A stretch of 44,234 nt of DNA from Escherichia phage vB_EcoS_CEB_EC3a: sequence record NC_047812.1. The stretch is one strand, 5' to 3'. Position numbers and translations under genes: made by a program. This document shows positions 33,594 to 42,386 of the stretch, in pieces (position 1 is the first letter of the stretch; every line of letters begins with the position of its first letter). The notes beneath the pieces were generated by a model. It was not told the origin of the DNA, did not search any database, and saw nothing but the letters and a program-made list of their open reading frames with translations.

Positions 33594-34067
33594 TTACTCT
33601 TTAGCTTTTCGTGCGGCTTCGTTAGCTGCCTTGATCTTTCGCCATGAGCGACACTCTGGTTTAGTTGCTAGCTCAGCCTCAGTAACAACACGCAGCATAT
33701 GACGCTTCTTGCAACGTAGAGTTAGCGGTTTCCCGTTACCGTCGAATTGCAGATCTGGTCGGCAGAATGTAGCGCGAAAACCTTCTCCATTTCGCTTATA
33801 GTAGTTGTGCGACAGCTGGGCGCCGCGCGCAGAAATCATCCCACGCTTAAACCATTCTTCTACAGCCTGAGGTGTCACCTTTAACTGCTTTGCGATATTT
33901 GCCTTTGTGCCGAAGAAATCAAGAACAATCTCCAACCGTGCGCGCAACCCAGCCCTTACCTCGTCTTTTAAAACGTAGTAGCCTGAAGGTCGTTTCCGTT
34001 GTTTTTTGTCTTCAGTACGAATGGTTCCGTTGTTCCCGTTAATTGTTCGCTTGTCTACTGCATTCAT
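33594..34067 (-). CDS. Putative HTH DNA-binding protein (157 aa)
   Basis: HTH-like segment NIAKQLKVTPQAVEEWFKRGMIS; basic termini. Confidence 0.55.
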   Translation of the reverse strand: MNAVDKRTINGNNGTIRTEDKKQRKRPSGYYVLKDEVRAGLRARLEIVLDFFGTKANIAKQLKVTPQAVEEWFKRGMISARGAQLSHNYYKRNGEGFRATFCRPDLQFDGNGKPLTLRCKKRHMLRVVTEAELATKPECRSWRKIKAANEAARKAKE

Positions 34068-34080
34068 TTCATTACCTCAA

Positions 34081-34122
34081 TAGCATTTTTTGTTAAAAGT
34101 CATTCCGATTTAATGTTATTAT
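34081..34122 (+). promoter_or_regulatory. Dyad-promoter module, variant (TAGCATTTTTTGTTA-21 nt-TATTAT) for helicase
   Basis: Core 34081-34095, TATTAT 34117-34122. Confidence 0.5.
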
Positions 34123-34168
34123 TGTACTCAATTAAACGCTACAAGACAATTTTTATAGGAATTTAGAT

Positions 34169-36163
34169 ATGTTGCCTATCGAGAAGCTGGTTGCCAACTT
34201 TGATAAAGAAAGAATTAAACAGATTCAGAAAGATTACCAGTTTGGCGAGATAACCCCTTACGAGTTCCAATGCGTTACATTTGATGCAATTGGGAAGGCT
34301 ATTGGCAAGTATGAGGCTCCATTTATCGCAGACCTCTCGGTATCTGCTGGTAAGACAATCATCCTGGCTATGATTGGTAAGCGCATGGAGCAGCTTGGGC
34401 TTCCTTATATGGTTCTTTCTCGCCAGTCAGAAATTATCAGCCAGAACTCAGAAGAGCTTCGTAATTTCGGCATCCGTAACAGCGTCTATTGCGCTGGCCT
34501 TAACGTTAAATCAGTTTATTACCCAACCATAGTTGCCAGCGAGGGTACGGCTGCTAACGGATTGTTTAAGGGGCTTGGTGACTATGTTCCGGCAGTTATC
34601 GCTATCGATGAATGTCACATGCTTGACACTATGGATATAGTTGAAGCAGAGGAGAACGAAGAAACATTTGAGCAAATGAGCACAAAGAAAGGAGAGATGG
34701 TTTTCAAGGATGGCGTTAACACTGGATTAATCGGTACTGGTCGTTCGCAATACACTCTAATCATTACAGAGATGAAACGACGTTGTCGTGAAAAGTACGG
34801 TCGGGAGCTTCGTATATTCGGCCTTACTGGTAGCCCATATCGTAACAATGACCATATCGTCGTTAGCAATCCAAACATCCGTGGGTTCTGGCGCAAAACA
34901 GTGATCCAGGTCCCAACCAATTACCTTGTTGATTTGGGATTCGTGGTACCTACTGTTTACGGTGAGGTAGGTGATTTGGGTTATGACCTTGCGGAGTTTG
35001 CGCCGGATGGCAGTGATGGTGTGAAAGATTTCAGCAAGAAAGAAATGGATGCTATGCAGGAAAAAATTCATCAAAACCAGTCCATGACTCAAAAGATTAT
35101 GCAGTTCGCAGCCAAGTTTATGGAAACTCGTAACGCAGCACTAGTAACTTGCTCAGGCAAGCGGCATTGCGAGGAAGCAGCCGCGGCGCTTCCTGATGGT
35201 GTAACCTGGGCTATAGTAACTGACTCTACTGGTGAGAAAAAGCGTCGTGAGATTCTTTCTGACGCAGCTGAAGGTAAGTATAAATTCATCTTTCAGATTG
35301 GTTGCCTCACAACCGGCGTGAACGTTCCGACATGGGACACGTCAATAATTCTTCGCAAGGTTGGTAGCATCACGTTACTGATTCAGCTTTTGGGGCGAGG
35401 TATGCGAATTCTTAAGAAGAAGCACAAGGAAATGGGAATGGTTAAGGATGATCACGTGGTGCTGGACTTCGCTGGTACTCTTGATGACATGGCGGAATTG
35501 TACTTTGACCCAATCATAGAGGAAGTGCAGGACCAGAAATTTAAGTATTCACGCAAAGTCGGCGATGAGCCAAGAATATGTCCGGCCTGTAGTTACGAGA
35601 ACTCTCCTTTTGCTCGTCGTTGCAATAACGTAATTGACGGGAAGCGTTGTGAGCATTTTTTTACATTTCGCTTATGTGAAGATATAGAGGACCCGCAGAC
35701 AAAAGTTACTATTAAGAAAGGTTGTGGTGAAAAGAATGATATCGCCGCTAAAAACTGCCGCTGCTGCGGAGAAATGCTTATTGACCCTAACGCAAAATTG
35801 TCTGGAAAGATGTATCGAAAAGGTGATTGGTTGAGAGTTTACGGATTCAGCATTGGATTAACAAAGAACCAAACTGGAATCGTTGCTCGCTATGAAATCA
35901 TGTCGCATAGTGGGGATAGGTTTGTTGCTTACGAAACTTTCTTCCCAGAGAGTGACCATCGAGTTTGCTCTGTAAAATGGAAAGCATTTTGCTCGAGTCA
36001 CATAGAGAACAGGACTGAGGCTTTTAGAATTGGCAGATTGCGTAATGCTAAGATGATTATGACTAATGCTCACCTTTTCCGTGCGCCATTAAGGATTACA
36101 CACCGTAAGAACCAGAAGTCTCAAGATATTATCGCAAACAAATCATTTACTATGGAAGACTGA
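34169..36163 (+). CDS. SF2 (DEAD/DEAH-like) ATP-dependent helicase with C-terminal zinc ribbons
   Basis: Walker A SAGKT, DECH box (AIDECH), TGSP, QLLGRGMR. The C-terminus has CPAC...C...C and CG...CRCC. Confidence 0.85.
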   Translation: MLPIEKLVANFDKERIKQIQKDYQFGEITPYEFQCVTFDAIGKAIGKYEAPFIADLSVSAGKTIILAMIGKRMEQLGLPYMVLSRQSEIISQNSEELRNFGIRNSVYCAGLNVKSVYYPTIVASEGTAANGLFKGLGDYVPAVIAIDECHMLDTMDIVEAEENEETFEQMSTKKGEMVFKDGVNTGLIGTGRSQYTLIITEMKRRCREKYGRELRIFGLTGSPYRNNDHIVVSNPNIRGFWRKTVIQVPTNYLVDLGFVVPTVYGEVGDLGYDLAEFAPDGSDGVKDFSKKEMDAMQEKIHQNQSMTQKIMQFAAKFMETRNAALVTCSGKRHCEEAAAALPDGVTWAIVTDSTGEKKRREILSDAAEGKYKFIFQIGCLTTGVNVPTWDTSIILRKVGSITLLIQLLGRGMRILKKKHKEMGMVKDDHVVLDFAGTLDDMAELYFDPIIEEVQDQKFKYSRKVGDEPRICPACSYENSPFARRCNNVIDGKRCEHFFTFRLCEDIEDPQTKVTIKKGCGEKNDIAAKNCRCCGEMLIDPNAKLSGKMYRKGDWLRVYGFSIGLTKNQTGIVARYEIMSHSGDRFVAYETFFPESDHRVCSVKWKAFCSSHIENRTEAFRIGRLRNAKMIMTNAHLFRAPLRITHRKNQKSQDIIANKSFTMED

Positions 36164-36164
36164 C

Positions 36165-36584
36165 ATGCAAATTACAGACAAAGAAGATTACATTGAGTTT
36201 TACCCAGGCCCGGTTAAGTCGTGTCCGAAAGAGGATGACGAACAAATCTTTTGCTCTGATTGGGTTAAGTATAACTACCCGGAGATGGTATTTTTCCACT
36301 GCGTAAATGAGGGGAAGAAAACCATTGGACAGGCAAGAAAGGACCAGGCTAAAGGGCTCCTTAAAGGCGTGTCAGACTGCATGTTTCTTATTCCCGAGTC
36401 TCTGAGAGGCAAATACCCTTTCGGAGCTATAGAGCTGAAGAGGGCTGGCAAAACTCAGGCTAGCCCAGTCAGTGACGAACAGAAGTCTTTCCTTAAAAGC
36501 GTAAGAGAATCAGGCGGTTTCGCTGGTGTTGCCTACGGGCGCGAGGGTTTTCTTGCGGCATTCAAAGAAATGATTTCAAAATAG
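36165..36584 (+). CDS. VRR-NUC domain nuclease
   Basis: GVSDCMFLIP...GAIELKRAGK (D...E-x-K) and size typical of VRR-NUC. Stop TAG is in the next module. Confidence 0.75.
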   Translation: MQITDKEDYIEFYPGPVKSCPKEDDEQIFCSDWVKYNYPEMVFFHCVNEGKKTIGQARKDQAKGLLKGVSDCMFLIPESLRGKYPFGAIELKRAGKTQASPVSDEQKSFLKSVRESGGFAGVAYGREGFLAAFKEMISK

Positions 36585-36624
36585 CACGAATTGCTAAAGA
36601 CGATTTTAAAAGATGCGATATAGT
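36582..36624 (+). promoter_or_regulatory. Dyad-promoter module (TAGCACGAATTGCTA-22 nt-TATAGT)
   Basis: Core 36582-36596, TATAGT 36619-36624, leader TACCACATCGAAACGAAAC. Confidence 0.7.
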
Positions 36625-36662
36625 TACCACATCGAAACGAAACACATAGAGAGAGAAACAAA

Positions 36663-36857
36663 ATGGCTACTATCTACACTGAAAAACTCTACAAGTCACG
36701 CAAAACTGGTTATGAATATGAATTAGCAATCACCGCTGAGGGTTATATTCTTGATGATGGCGAAGGTTACGCATTCGAAGTTAGCCCGACTTACAAAGAT
36801 GACCTGGAAACTGTTAAAAACGCATTCGGCGAAAAATTTGATGAGGTATCGGAATAA
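36663..36857 (+). CDS. Hypothetical protein (64 aa)
   Basis: ORF track; SD GAGAGAGA. Confidence 0.7.
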   Translation: MATIYTEKLYKSRKTGYEYELAITAEGYILDDGEGYAFEVSPTYKDDLETVKNAFGEKFDEVSE

Positions 36858-37078
36858 TGGAAATTTTTAAGTTTGAAGAGCAGTGGGATTATTTCAAAGC
36901 TATGGCTGTACAGGAACTGCATAAGTCAGGATACAAGGGAGACAAATGGTTTTTAGCTGACTGCCTAGACATGAGTTTTGAGGAAGACTACTTAAACACC
37001 GATATCGAAACATGGCGCGACCGCATGGTTGCTGATATCGAAGAAATGAAGAAAGATTGCCCAGAGGATTTTGAATAA
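36857..37078 (+). CDS. Hypothetical acidic protein (73 aa)
   Basis: ORF track; TAATG coupling. Confidence 0.65.
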   Translation: MEIFKFEEQWDYFKAMAVQELHKSGYKGDKWFLADCLDMSFEEDYLNTDIETWRDRMVADIEEMKKDCPEDFE

Positions 37079-37203
37079 TGAAAATCGTAGACAAAGAGAT
37101 GTTCGAAATTGCACAGACTTACGCAAATGATGCTGTAAAAACTGGCTCAGAATGGTCATGGATGTGTGCTAAAGAATACCTAAAAATGGCTTGCGGATTA
37201 TGA
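37078..37203 (+). CDS. Hypothetical small protein (41 aa)
   Basis: Hand-translated MKIVDKEMFEIAQTYANDAVKTGSEWSWMCAKEYLKMACGL; TAATG coupling. Confidence 0.45.
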   Translation: MKIVDKEMFEIAQTYANDAVKTGSEWSWMCAKEYLKMACGL

Positions 37204-37448
37204 TAGTTGAAACAGGACGCGCCGCTGTTTGGGCGCATTGTGGAGAGGCCGGGCTGCAAGATGACATTAAGCAGATATCCCGATTCTTTGACATAAAAGA
37301 TATCAGCGTTGTGTTCAATGGTAAATTCTCTTACATGGATGAGCGCCCAAGAAAATACGTAAGAGTTAAGCCAGGTGTCAGGATTGATGTTAACGAGTTC
37401 CTTAAATCTGAGGGATTCAAGTTTAAGATAACGAAGCCTAAGGATTAA
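37200..37448 (+). CDS. Hypothetical protein (82 aa)
   Basis: ORF 37191 starts at TTG; ATG 37200 overlaps the upstream TGA. Confidence 0.6.
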   Translation: MIVETGRAAVWAHCGEAGLQDDIKQISRFFDIKDISVVFNGKFSYMDERPRKYVRVKPGVRIDVNEFLKSEGFKFKITKPKD

Positions 37449-37450
37449 GT

Positions 37451-37702
37451 ATGTTGGGTTTAGATTTTCAGCCAGGGCATTACGATTTAGTATATGGGCA
37501 AAGTGGAGCTAAGTTTAGGGCGATACCTATTGCTGACTGGTTACCTCCTGATTATGTGGATGTTAATGCAAAAACTAAAGACGGGAAGTGGGTTCAGATT
37601 TACTACTCCCCAGCATGCGGAAACCTTTGCATGACTGACCTTGATCAGAAATTAGCAATTAGTGCGGAAGTTATCGACTACTGGTTGAAAGAAGTTGAAT
37701 GA
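37451..37702 (+). CDS. Hypothetical protein (83 aa)
   Basis: ORF track; SD AAGGA. Confidence 0.65.
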   Translation: MLGLDFQPGHYDLVYGQSGAKFRAIPIADWLPPDYVDVNAKTKDGKWVQIYYSPACGNLCMTDLDQKLAISAEVIDYWLKEVE

Positions 37703-37785
37703 AGAGCCTGATACTAGTAGCATTAGTCCCACTGTTTAGCTTTACTATCTTATACTTTATCGTAATGAATTAAGGAACTTATATA

Positions 37786-38916
37786 ATGGCAACTGCAAAA
37801 ATTACCAACGAAGAACTGCGCGAAGAACTGGCAAATGGCATGACCAACAAGGCAATCGCAGAGAAGTACGGAATGAACATTCGCAACGTTGAATTGCGTC
37901 GTAGTAAATTGGCTAAACAAGGTGAGGGGCATGGCCGTGATGTTAGTAACCTAATCCCTCAAGGTTACGCCGTTAAGGGCGTTTCTAGCTTAATTGGTGC
38001 TGATGGTGAGATCAAGCAACAGTGGGTAAAGTCTGACATTGACAAGGAGAAGCAAGAAGAAATGATGCTTCAGGCAATTCAGGCGATGACCGATGAGTTA
38101 CCACGCGAAAAAGCGAAGCCACTCAGTACGTCATCATTTGAGGACACTCTGAGCCTTTACCCTGTATTCGACCTTCACATTGGCGCAATGGCTCACCATG
38201 CTGAATGTGGCGAGAACTACAGCACTGAAATCGCCGAGCGAGTCCTTAATAGTTATTTTGATTACGCCGTTGCAAAGGCACCAAACTCCAAGAAAGCTGT
38301 ATTGCTGATTGGTGGTGACTTCCTTCACTCTGACGGAATGGAGGCGGTAACCCCAACCAGTCGTCATATTCTTGATCAGGATAGTCGATACCACAAATTG
38401 GTTTACGTAGCAGTGAGAGCGACGCGAAGAGCAATTAGTCGGATGCTTGATAAGCACGCTGAGGTTGAGGTTCAGATTATTCCTGGAAACCACGATCTTT
38501 CAGGAATGATTTGGTTGCGTGCGGCAATGGCCGCTTTCTATATGGATGAGCCTCGAGTTAATGTTGATGCGTCACCTGCTGCGCTTCACGTAACGCAGTT
38601 TGGAAAGACGCTACTTGGTTACTGTCATGGACATGAACTCAAAAAGCCTGATACCAGACTATCAACACTGGCTCGTGACCATCGTAAGGCTTTTGGTGAG
38701 TCTGAGTATGTTTACACTCATAGTGGCCATTACCACCATCAAACGATTACAGAGGGTAACTTAGGTATCGATGAGTCTCATGGTCAGCTTGGTTGTAAGG
38801 ATGCGTACAGTGCCAACGGTGGTTATCGCTCTTATCGCCAGGCGTCTGTAATCATCTACAGCCCTAAATTCGGAGAGATTGGTCGATTCACTTGCCGTCC
38901 CGAAATGTTTAGTTAA
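37786..38916 (+). CDS. N-terminal HTH fused to a calcineurin/Mre11-type metallophosphoesterase
   Basis: HTH-like MTNKAIAEKYGMNIRNVELRRSKL. Phosphoesterase motifs DLHIG, GGDFLHSDG, GNHD, GHxH-like CHGHE and SGHYHH. Confidence 0.7.
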   Translation: MATAKITNEELREELANGMTNKAIAEKYGMNIRNVELRRSKLAKQGEGHGRDVSNLIPQGYAVKGVSSLIGADGEIKQQWVKSDIDKEKQEEMMLQAIQAMTDELPREKAKPLSTSSFEDTLSLYPVFDLHIGAMAHHAECGENYSTEIAERVLNSYFDYAVAKAPNSKKAVLLIGGDFLHSDGMEAVTPTSRHILDQDSRYHKLVYVAVRATRRAISRMLDKHAEVEVQIIPGNHDLSGMIWLRAAMAAFYMDEPRVNVDASPAALHVTQFGKTLLGYCHGHELKKPDTRLSTLARDHRKAFGESEYVYTHSGHYHHQTITEGNLGIDESHGQLGCKDAYSANGGYRSYRQASVIIYSPKFGEIGRFTCRPEMFS

Positions 38917-38959
38917 TAGCACTTTTTGCCTAAAGAATGCCGTAGAAATGCGGCATAAT
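38917..38959 (+). promoter_or_regulatory. Dyad-promoter module, variant (TAGCACTTTTTGCCTA-21 nt-CATAAT)
   Basis: Core 38917-38932 (one extra base), CATAAT 38954-38959, leader TACCACATCGAAAC. Confidence 0.5.
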
Positions 38960-39000
38960 TACCACATCGAAACTAGACAAACAAAACGAGGAAACACAAA

Positions 39001-39177
39001 ATGACTAAAATGATTTTTTGCACCAAGAACAACTCCAAGACGCTGCCATTTACAGTTAACCAGCCGTACAATGCAGAGTATCAAGGTGACGGATACTACA
39101 AGATTTATGGCGACGATATGACGTGGATTTTAGCGCCGATTGATGGTTCGCTGGTTGAATTTATTATCGCAGACTAG
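39001..39177 (+). CDS. Hypothetical protein (58 aa)
   Basis: Hand-translated MTKMIFCTKNNSKTLPFTVNQPYNAEYQGDGYYKIYGDD...; SD AACGAGGAA. Confidence 0.6.
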   Translation: MTKMIFCTKNNSKTLPFTVNQPYNAEYQGDGYYKIYGDDMTWILAPIDGSLVEFIIAD

Positions 39178-39203
39178 CGCATCTAAAACATAGCTTTACA
39201 AGT

Positions 39204-39229
39204 GGGGGGCCTTTTGGCTCCCCTTTTTT
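39204..39229 (+). terminator. Intrinsic terminator
   Basis: GGGGGGCC-tttt-GGCTCCCC followed by T6. Confidence 0.75.
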
Positions 39230-39308
39230 ATGCTTCTTTTCCGAGCGGTGCTAATGTATCATTCTTTTACTAACTTAAACATTGACAAATACACAAATGG
39301 AGGATCAC

Positions 39309-39524
39309 ATGAGGGAAGTAATCAACGCTGCTACGGCGTCAACTGGAGGGGCTGCGGTAACTGGCGCGGCAACTGGTCAAATGACTATAGCAATAATCAG
39401 CCTTATCGCTCTAATCATTTTTGGTGCGTGGGGAGCTTACTGGAAGTTTAAAGATAGCCAGGCTATTCGGCGAGCGCTTGAGTCTGGCGACCTAAAAACA
39501 GCAATCAATATAAGGAGCAAATAA
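39309..39524 (+). CDS. Holin (single TM, pinholin-like candidate)
   Basis: ATG 39309 sits 5 nt after GGAGG. 71 aa with TM MTIAIISLIALIIFGAWGAYW and a charged C-terminus. Directly upstream of the endolysin. Confidence 0.7.
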   Translation: MREVINAATASTGGAAVTGAATGQMTIAIISLIALIIFGAWGAYWKFKDSQAIRRALESGDLKTAINIRSK

Positions 39525-40010
39525 ATGAAGCAAAAGCTGCTAATTAGCGCGGTTACGGCTGCGGCAATATACATCGCAGCGCCGCTTATTGAGCTCGTTG
39601 AGGGTGTGGAGAACAAGCCTTACATGGACATTGCCGGAATCCCTACAGTTTGTTCCGGTATTACTGGTCCTGACGTTGTTTGGGGTAAGACTTACAGCAA
39701 TAGTGAGTGCCGTAACCTGCTGGAGAAACACATCCAGATTCATGCTAAGTATGTTCAGGATGCAGTTACCTACCCAATCGCACCGCAGACAAGGGCAGCG
39801 TTAATCAGCTTTAGCTATAATGTTGGCGGCTCAGCGATGAGGAAGTCTACGGCTGTAAGGTTAATCAACCAGGGTAAAGTGGAGCAAGGTTGTAAGGCTT
39901 TGAGCCTTTGGAATAAAGCTACCGTTAATGGCAAGAAGGTTGTGGTTAAGGGCTTGGTAAACCGCAGGAATGAGGAGATTAAGTTATGCTTAAGCGGATT
40001 GCAGCGTTAG
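39525..40010 (+). CDS. SAR endolysin (GH24/T4-lysozyme-like)
   Basis: N-terminal weakly hydrophobic SAR segment LLISAVTAAAIYIAAPLI. Catalytic E-x8-D-x5-T in VEGVENKPYMDIAGIPT. Confidence 0.85.
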   Translation: MKQKLLISAVTAAAIYIAAPLIELVEGVENKPYMDIAGIPTVCSGITGPDVVWGKTYSNSECRNLLEKHIQIHAKYVQDAVTYPIAPQTRAALISFSYNVGGSAMRKSTAVRLINQGKVEQGCKALSLWNKATVNGKKVVVKGLVNRRNEEIKLCLSGLQR

Positions 40011-40375
40011 TAATGTGCGTAGCTTTATATGGATGTTCAGCAACATCTGCTCTGACCGGATTAATTGGCAGTAAGCCAGAGATTAGCGCTCAAGCTGGTG
40101 CAGAAAACAATAAGGTTGGTCTTGGTTTAACGAACAGGGTTGACTCAAGTAACTCCAGCGATGCCACAGTTAAGGATTCCAGCGTGGGCTCACTGGATAG
40201 TTCTAGCGGGAAAAAGACTGCTGATAATTCGATTAAGGCCTCTACAATCACTGCCGAAAAGATTGAGATTACCAATAACGACTCATCAGCGCTTCCGTGG
40301 ATTGGAACAGGAGCGATGGGTTTGCTGGTTCTGATTCTCCTTGCCTTAATCTTAAGACGTAAAAAAGCCTCCTAA
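39986..40375 (+). CDS. Unimolecular spanin (T1 gp11-like u-spanin)
   Basis: N-terminal lipobox VALYGC|S plus C-terminal TM GAMGLLVLILLALILRRKK in one 129-aa chain. Overlaps the end of the endolysin gene. Confidence 0.8.
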   Translation: MLKRIAALVMCVALYGCSATSALTGLIGSKPEISAQAGAENNKVGLGLTNRVDSSNSSDATVKDSSVGSLDSSSGKKTADNSIKASTITAEKIEITNNDSSALPWIGTGAMGLLVLILLALILRRKKAS

Positions 40376-40391
40376 TGGAGGCTATATTTTT
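40361..40391. terminator. Bidirectional intrinsic terminator
   Basis: A6-AGCCTCC-taat-GGAGGCT-atattttt, between convergent operons. Confidence 0.75.
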
Positions 40392-40725
40392 AGCTAAATA
40401 ACTCTTCGTCAGTCATTGTCCCTATGTTCATCATCTCTTTTATGTACTGGCTTTCATACCCGTTAAGCGCCTCAAAGTTGAAACCAAATGGCCTCTTCAA
40501 GCTACCCTTACTAACAAACTCACCGCACTTGCCATCAATGTATCCGGCACTCAACATCTTCGCGCAGAACTCCTTTGAAGCTGCGCTGCAAAAATCTCGA
40601 TGCGATAACCCCGCCGCCTTACTGAATCTCTGAGAGTCCTTATGCTTGTAGATGAATCGCGCCAAATGCTGGCGCGTGAAAAAGCTATAGGATTCGCAAA
40701 ACTTAAATATATCTAGCAGGAACAT
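40390..40725 (-). CDS. Hypothetical protein (111 aa)
   Basis: ORF track; last gene of the leftward operon. Confidence 0.65.
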   Translation of the reverse strand: MFLLDIFKFCESYSFFTRQHLARFIYKHKDSQRFSKAAGLSHRDFCSAASKEFCAKMLSAGYIDGKCGEFVSKGSLKRPFGFNFEALNGYESQYIKEMMNIGTMTDEELFS

Positions 40726-40728
40726 CGC

Positions 40729-42312
40729 TTACCCCAGCAGTCTAGGATTAATGTAAACTTTATCACCAATCAGGCACGTGTAGTTTTTCTCATCAAGCAT
40801 TGGCAGCAAGTGATCTTTAATCTTCGTCATTACTCCAGCCTGAGCCTCGAATGGCTTAACCTTACGAGCCGCTTCATACAATGAACGAATGCCAACTACG
40901 CCCTTACCGTTCTTACCTTGCTTGATCAGAATATCAATCAGCTTATTCATCTCGGCATTGTCGCCAGCGTGACCAGCGGCGTTAGCAGATGACAAATAAG
41001 TCTTGCTAAGTTCCTGGAACATAATTACAGCCTCTTGCATGGTTTCGAGTTCAATCTCTCTGGACTTCTGCGGACTCCCGCCATTTGGGTTAAACCAGTT
41101 ACGCACAGTGTGAAGGACCGCTGCAATCCTGATAGCCTGCTTATCAAACTTACCAAGCGCACCGCGAAGCATTGTGTGAGAATACTTACCGCCGTCAGCG
41201 AGGTGAGGCTCCATTTCCTGACGTGCTCGGTTGAGGTACTTCATCGCTGAGTTGCTTACTGTCAGCTTAACATCTTGCTCATTCATTATTTCGTGAACCA
41301 AGCGGAAGTAGTCAGCCTTCAGGCCACCATCAATAGGTTCGTAAGTTGAGTCTCCATTCTCATCAACGAATACACGTTCGCCGAGGAATGACTTCTCGCG
41401 CACAAGAAGGAAACGTTCCGATACACCGATACCACGCGCGCCAGCATTCATGATTGCATTGATTGTTTCATCCTGCGCAATTACAGAGATGCAACCCATA
41501 GCAACGAAACTCATGTTGTTTTCTGCGTTCGCACGCGCGATAGACACGTTACCCGCATCCCATGCTTTCAGTACAAGTTCGCTGTTCGTTTTCTTGGATC
41601 CGTCACCGTAGGTCATGCCAAGCAGCGAGTTCACGCTCGTCGCCTCATCCGAGATGACTGCGAAGTTGCCCTGGCGGTTGTTGATTCGAGCAAGGCCTTC
41701 AGGCGTGGTATCTGATACTGGGAATACGATATCGCACAACTTCTCCAGCTTTTCTTCCAGCTCCTCTTTCTCCTCAAAAAGTGAAGCCATCTCTGACGGG
41801 GATTTTTCCTGCTTCATCTCTTTCGATAATGTAGATAGCTTAGCCATAATCTTTTTGCGCTCACGCTTGCGCACTTCATTAAGTCGCTCAGTCTCAGTAA
41901 TCATTGGAGCAATCGAAAGTGAGTTAATGGCCGACTTACCAGTTGATGGCGGTTGGCTTGTCACGACGTAAAGAGATGTTGGCTGTTGGGTGCCATGATA
42001 CTCGACAGTAAAGCGTCCAAGCATTGCGGCAGAAATACACCCAAGGAAGTGCATATAAGCTGAAGACTCTGGAAACTGAACTGAACGAGCGATGTTAGAT
42101 GACAATTTACCAACAACATCAATATCATTTCCTAGTGAGATTACGGGGTATTTGTCATTTGCAGCATCAATCTCCACTGGTGCTTTCCAGAATGATTGAG
42201 ACTGGCGATAGCCATTGGCATTAATGGCGACTCGCAGTGGCGGGAGGTTGTCTGCGGCAGCAATTGCCATAACCTGTTCAACAGATAGTTTATCTTCGTT
42301 GAAATCAAACAT
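40729..42312 (-). CDS. Walker A/B ATPase, DUF3987-like putative replicative helicase/initiator
   Basis: 527 aa. Walker A SQPPSTGKSA, Walker B FAVISDEATS. Overall resemblance to DUF3987/primase-associated helicases, judged by eye. Confidence 0.65.
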   Translation of the reverse strand: MFDFNEDKLSVEQVMAIAAADNLPPLRVAINANGYRQSQSFWKAPVEIDAANDKYPVISLGNDIDVVGKLSSNIARSVQFPESSAYMHFLGCISAAMLGRFTVEYHGTQQPTSLYVVTSQPPSTGKSAINSLSIAPMITETERLNEVRKRERKKIMAKLSTLSKEMKQEKSPSEMASLFEEKEELEEKLEKLCDIVFPVSDTTPEGLARINNRQGNFAVISDEATSVNSLLGMTYGDGSKKTNSELVLKAWDAGNVSIARANAENNMSFVAMGCISVIAQDETINAIMNAGARGIGVSERFLLVREKSFLGERVFVDENGDSTYEPIDGGLKADYFRLVHEIMNEQDVKLTVSNSAMKYLNRARQEMEPHLADGGKYSHTMLRGALGKFDKQAIRIAAVLHTVRNWFNPNGGSPQKSREIELETMQEAVIMFQELSKTYLSSANAAGHAGDNAEMNKLIDILIKQGKNGKGVVGIRSLYEAARKVKPFEAQAGVMTKIKDHLLPMLDEKNYTCLIGDKVYINPRLLG

Positions 42313-42342
42313 TACTTCTCTCCGTGTTGTTTCTGAGCGGCC

Positions 42343-42385
42343 ATTATATCAACGACCGCTTATAATTCATTATCAATTTGTGCTA
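42343..42385 (-). promoter_or_regulatory. Dyad-promoter module, variant half-site (TAGCACAAATTGATA-22 nt-TATAAT)
   Basis: Core 42371-42385, TATAAT (plus-strand ATTATA 42343-42348). Confidence 0.6.
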
Positions 42386-42386
42386 T

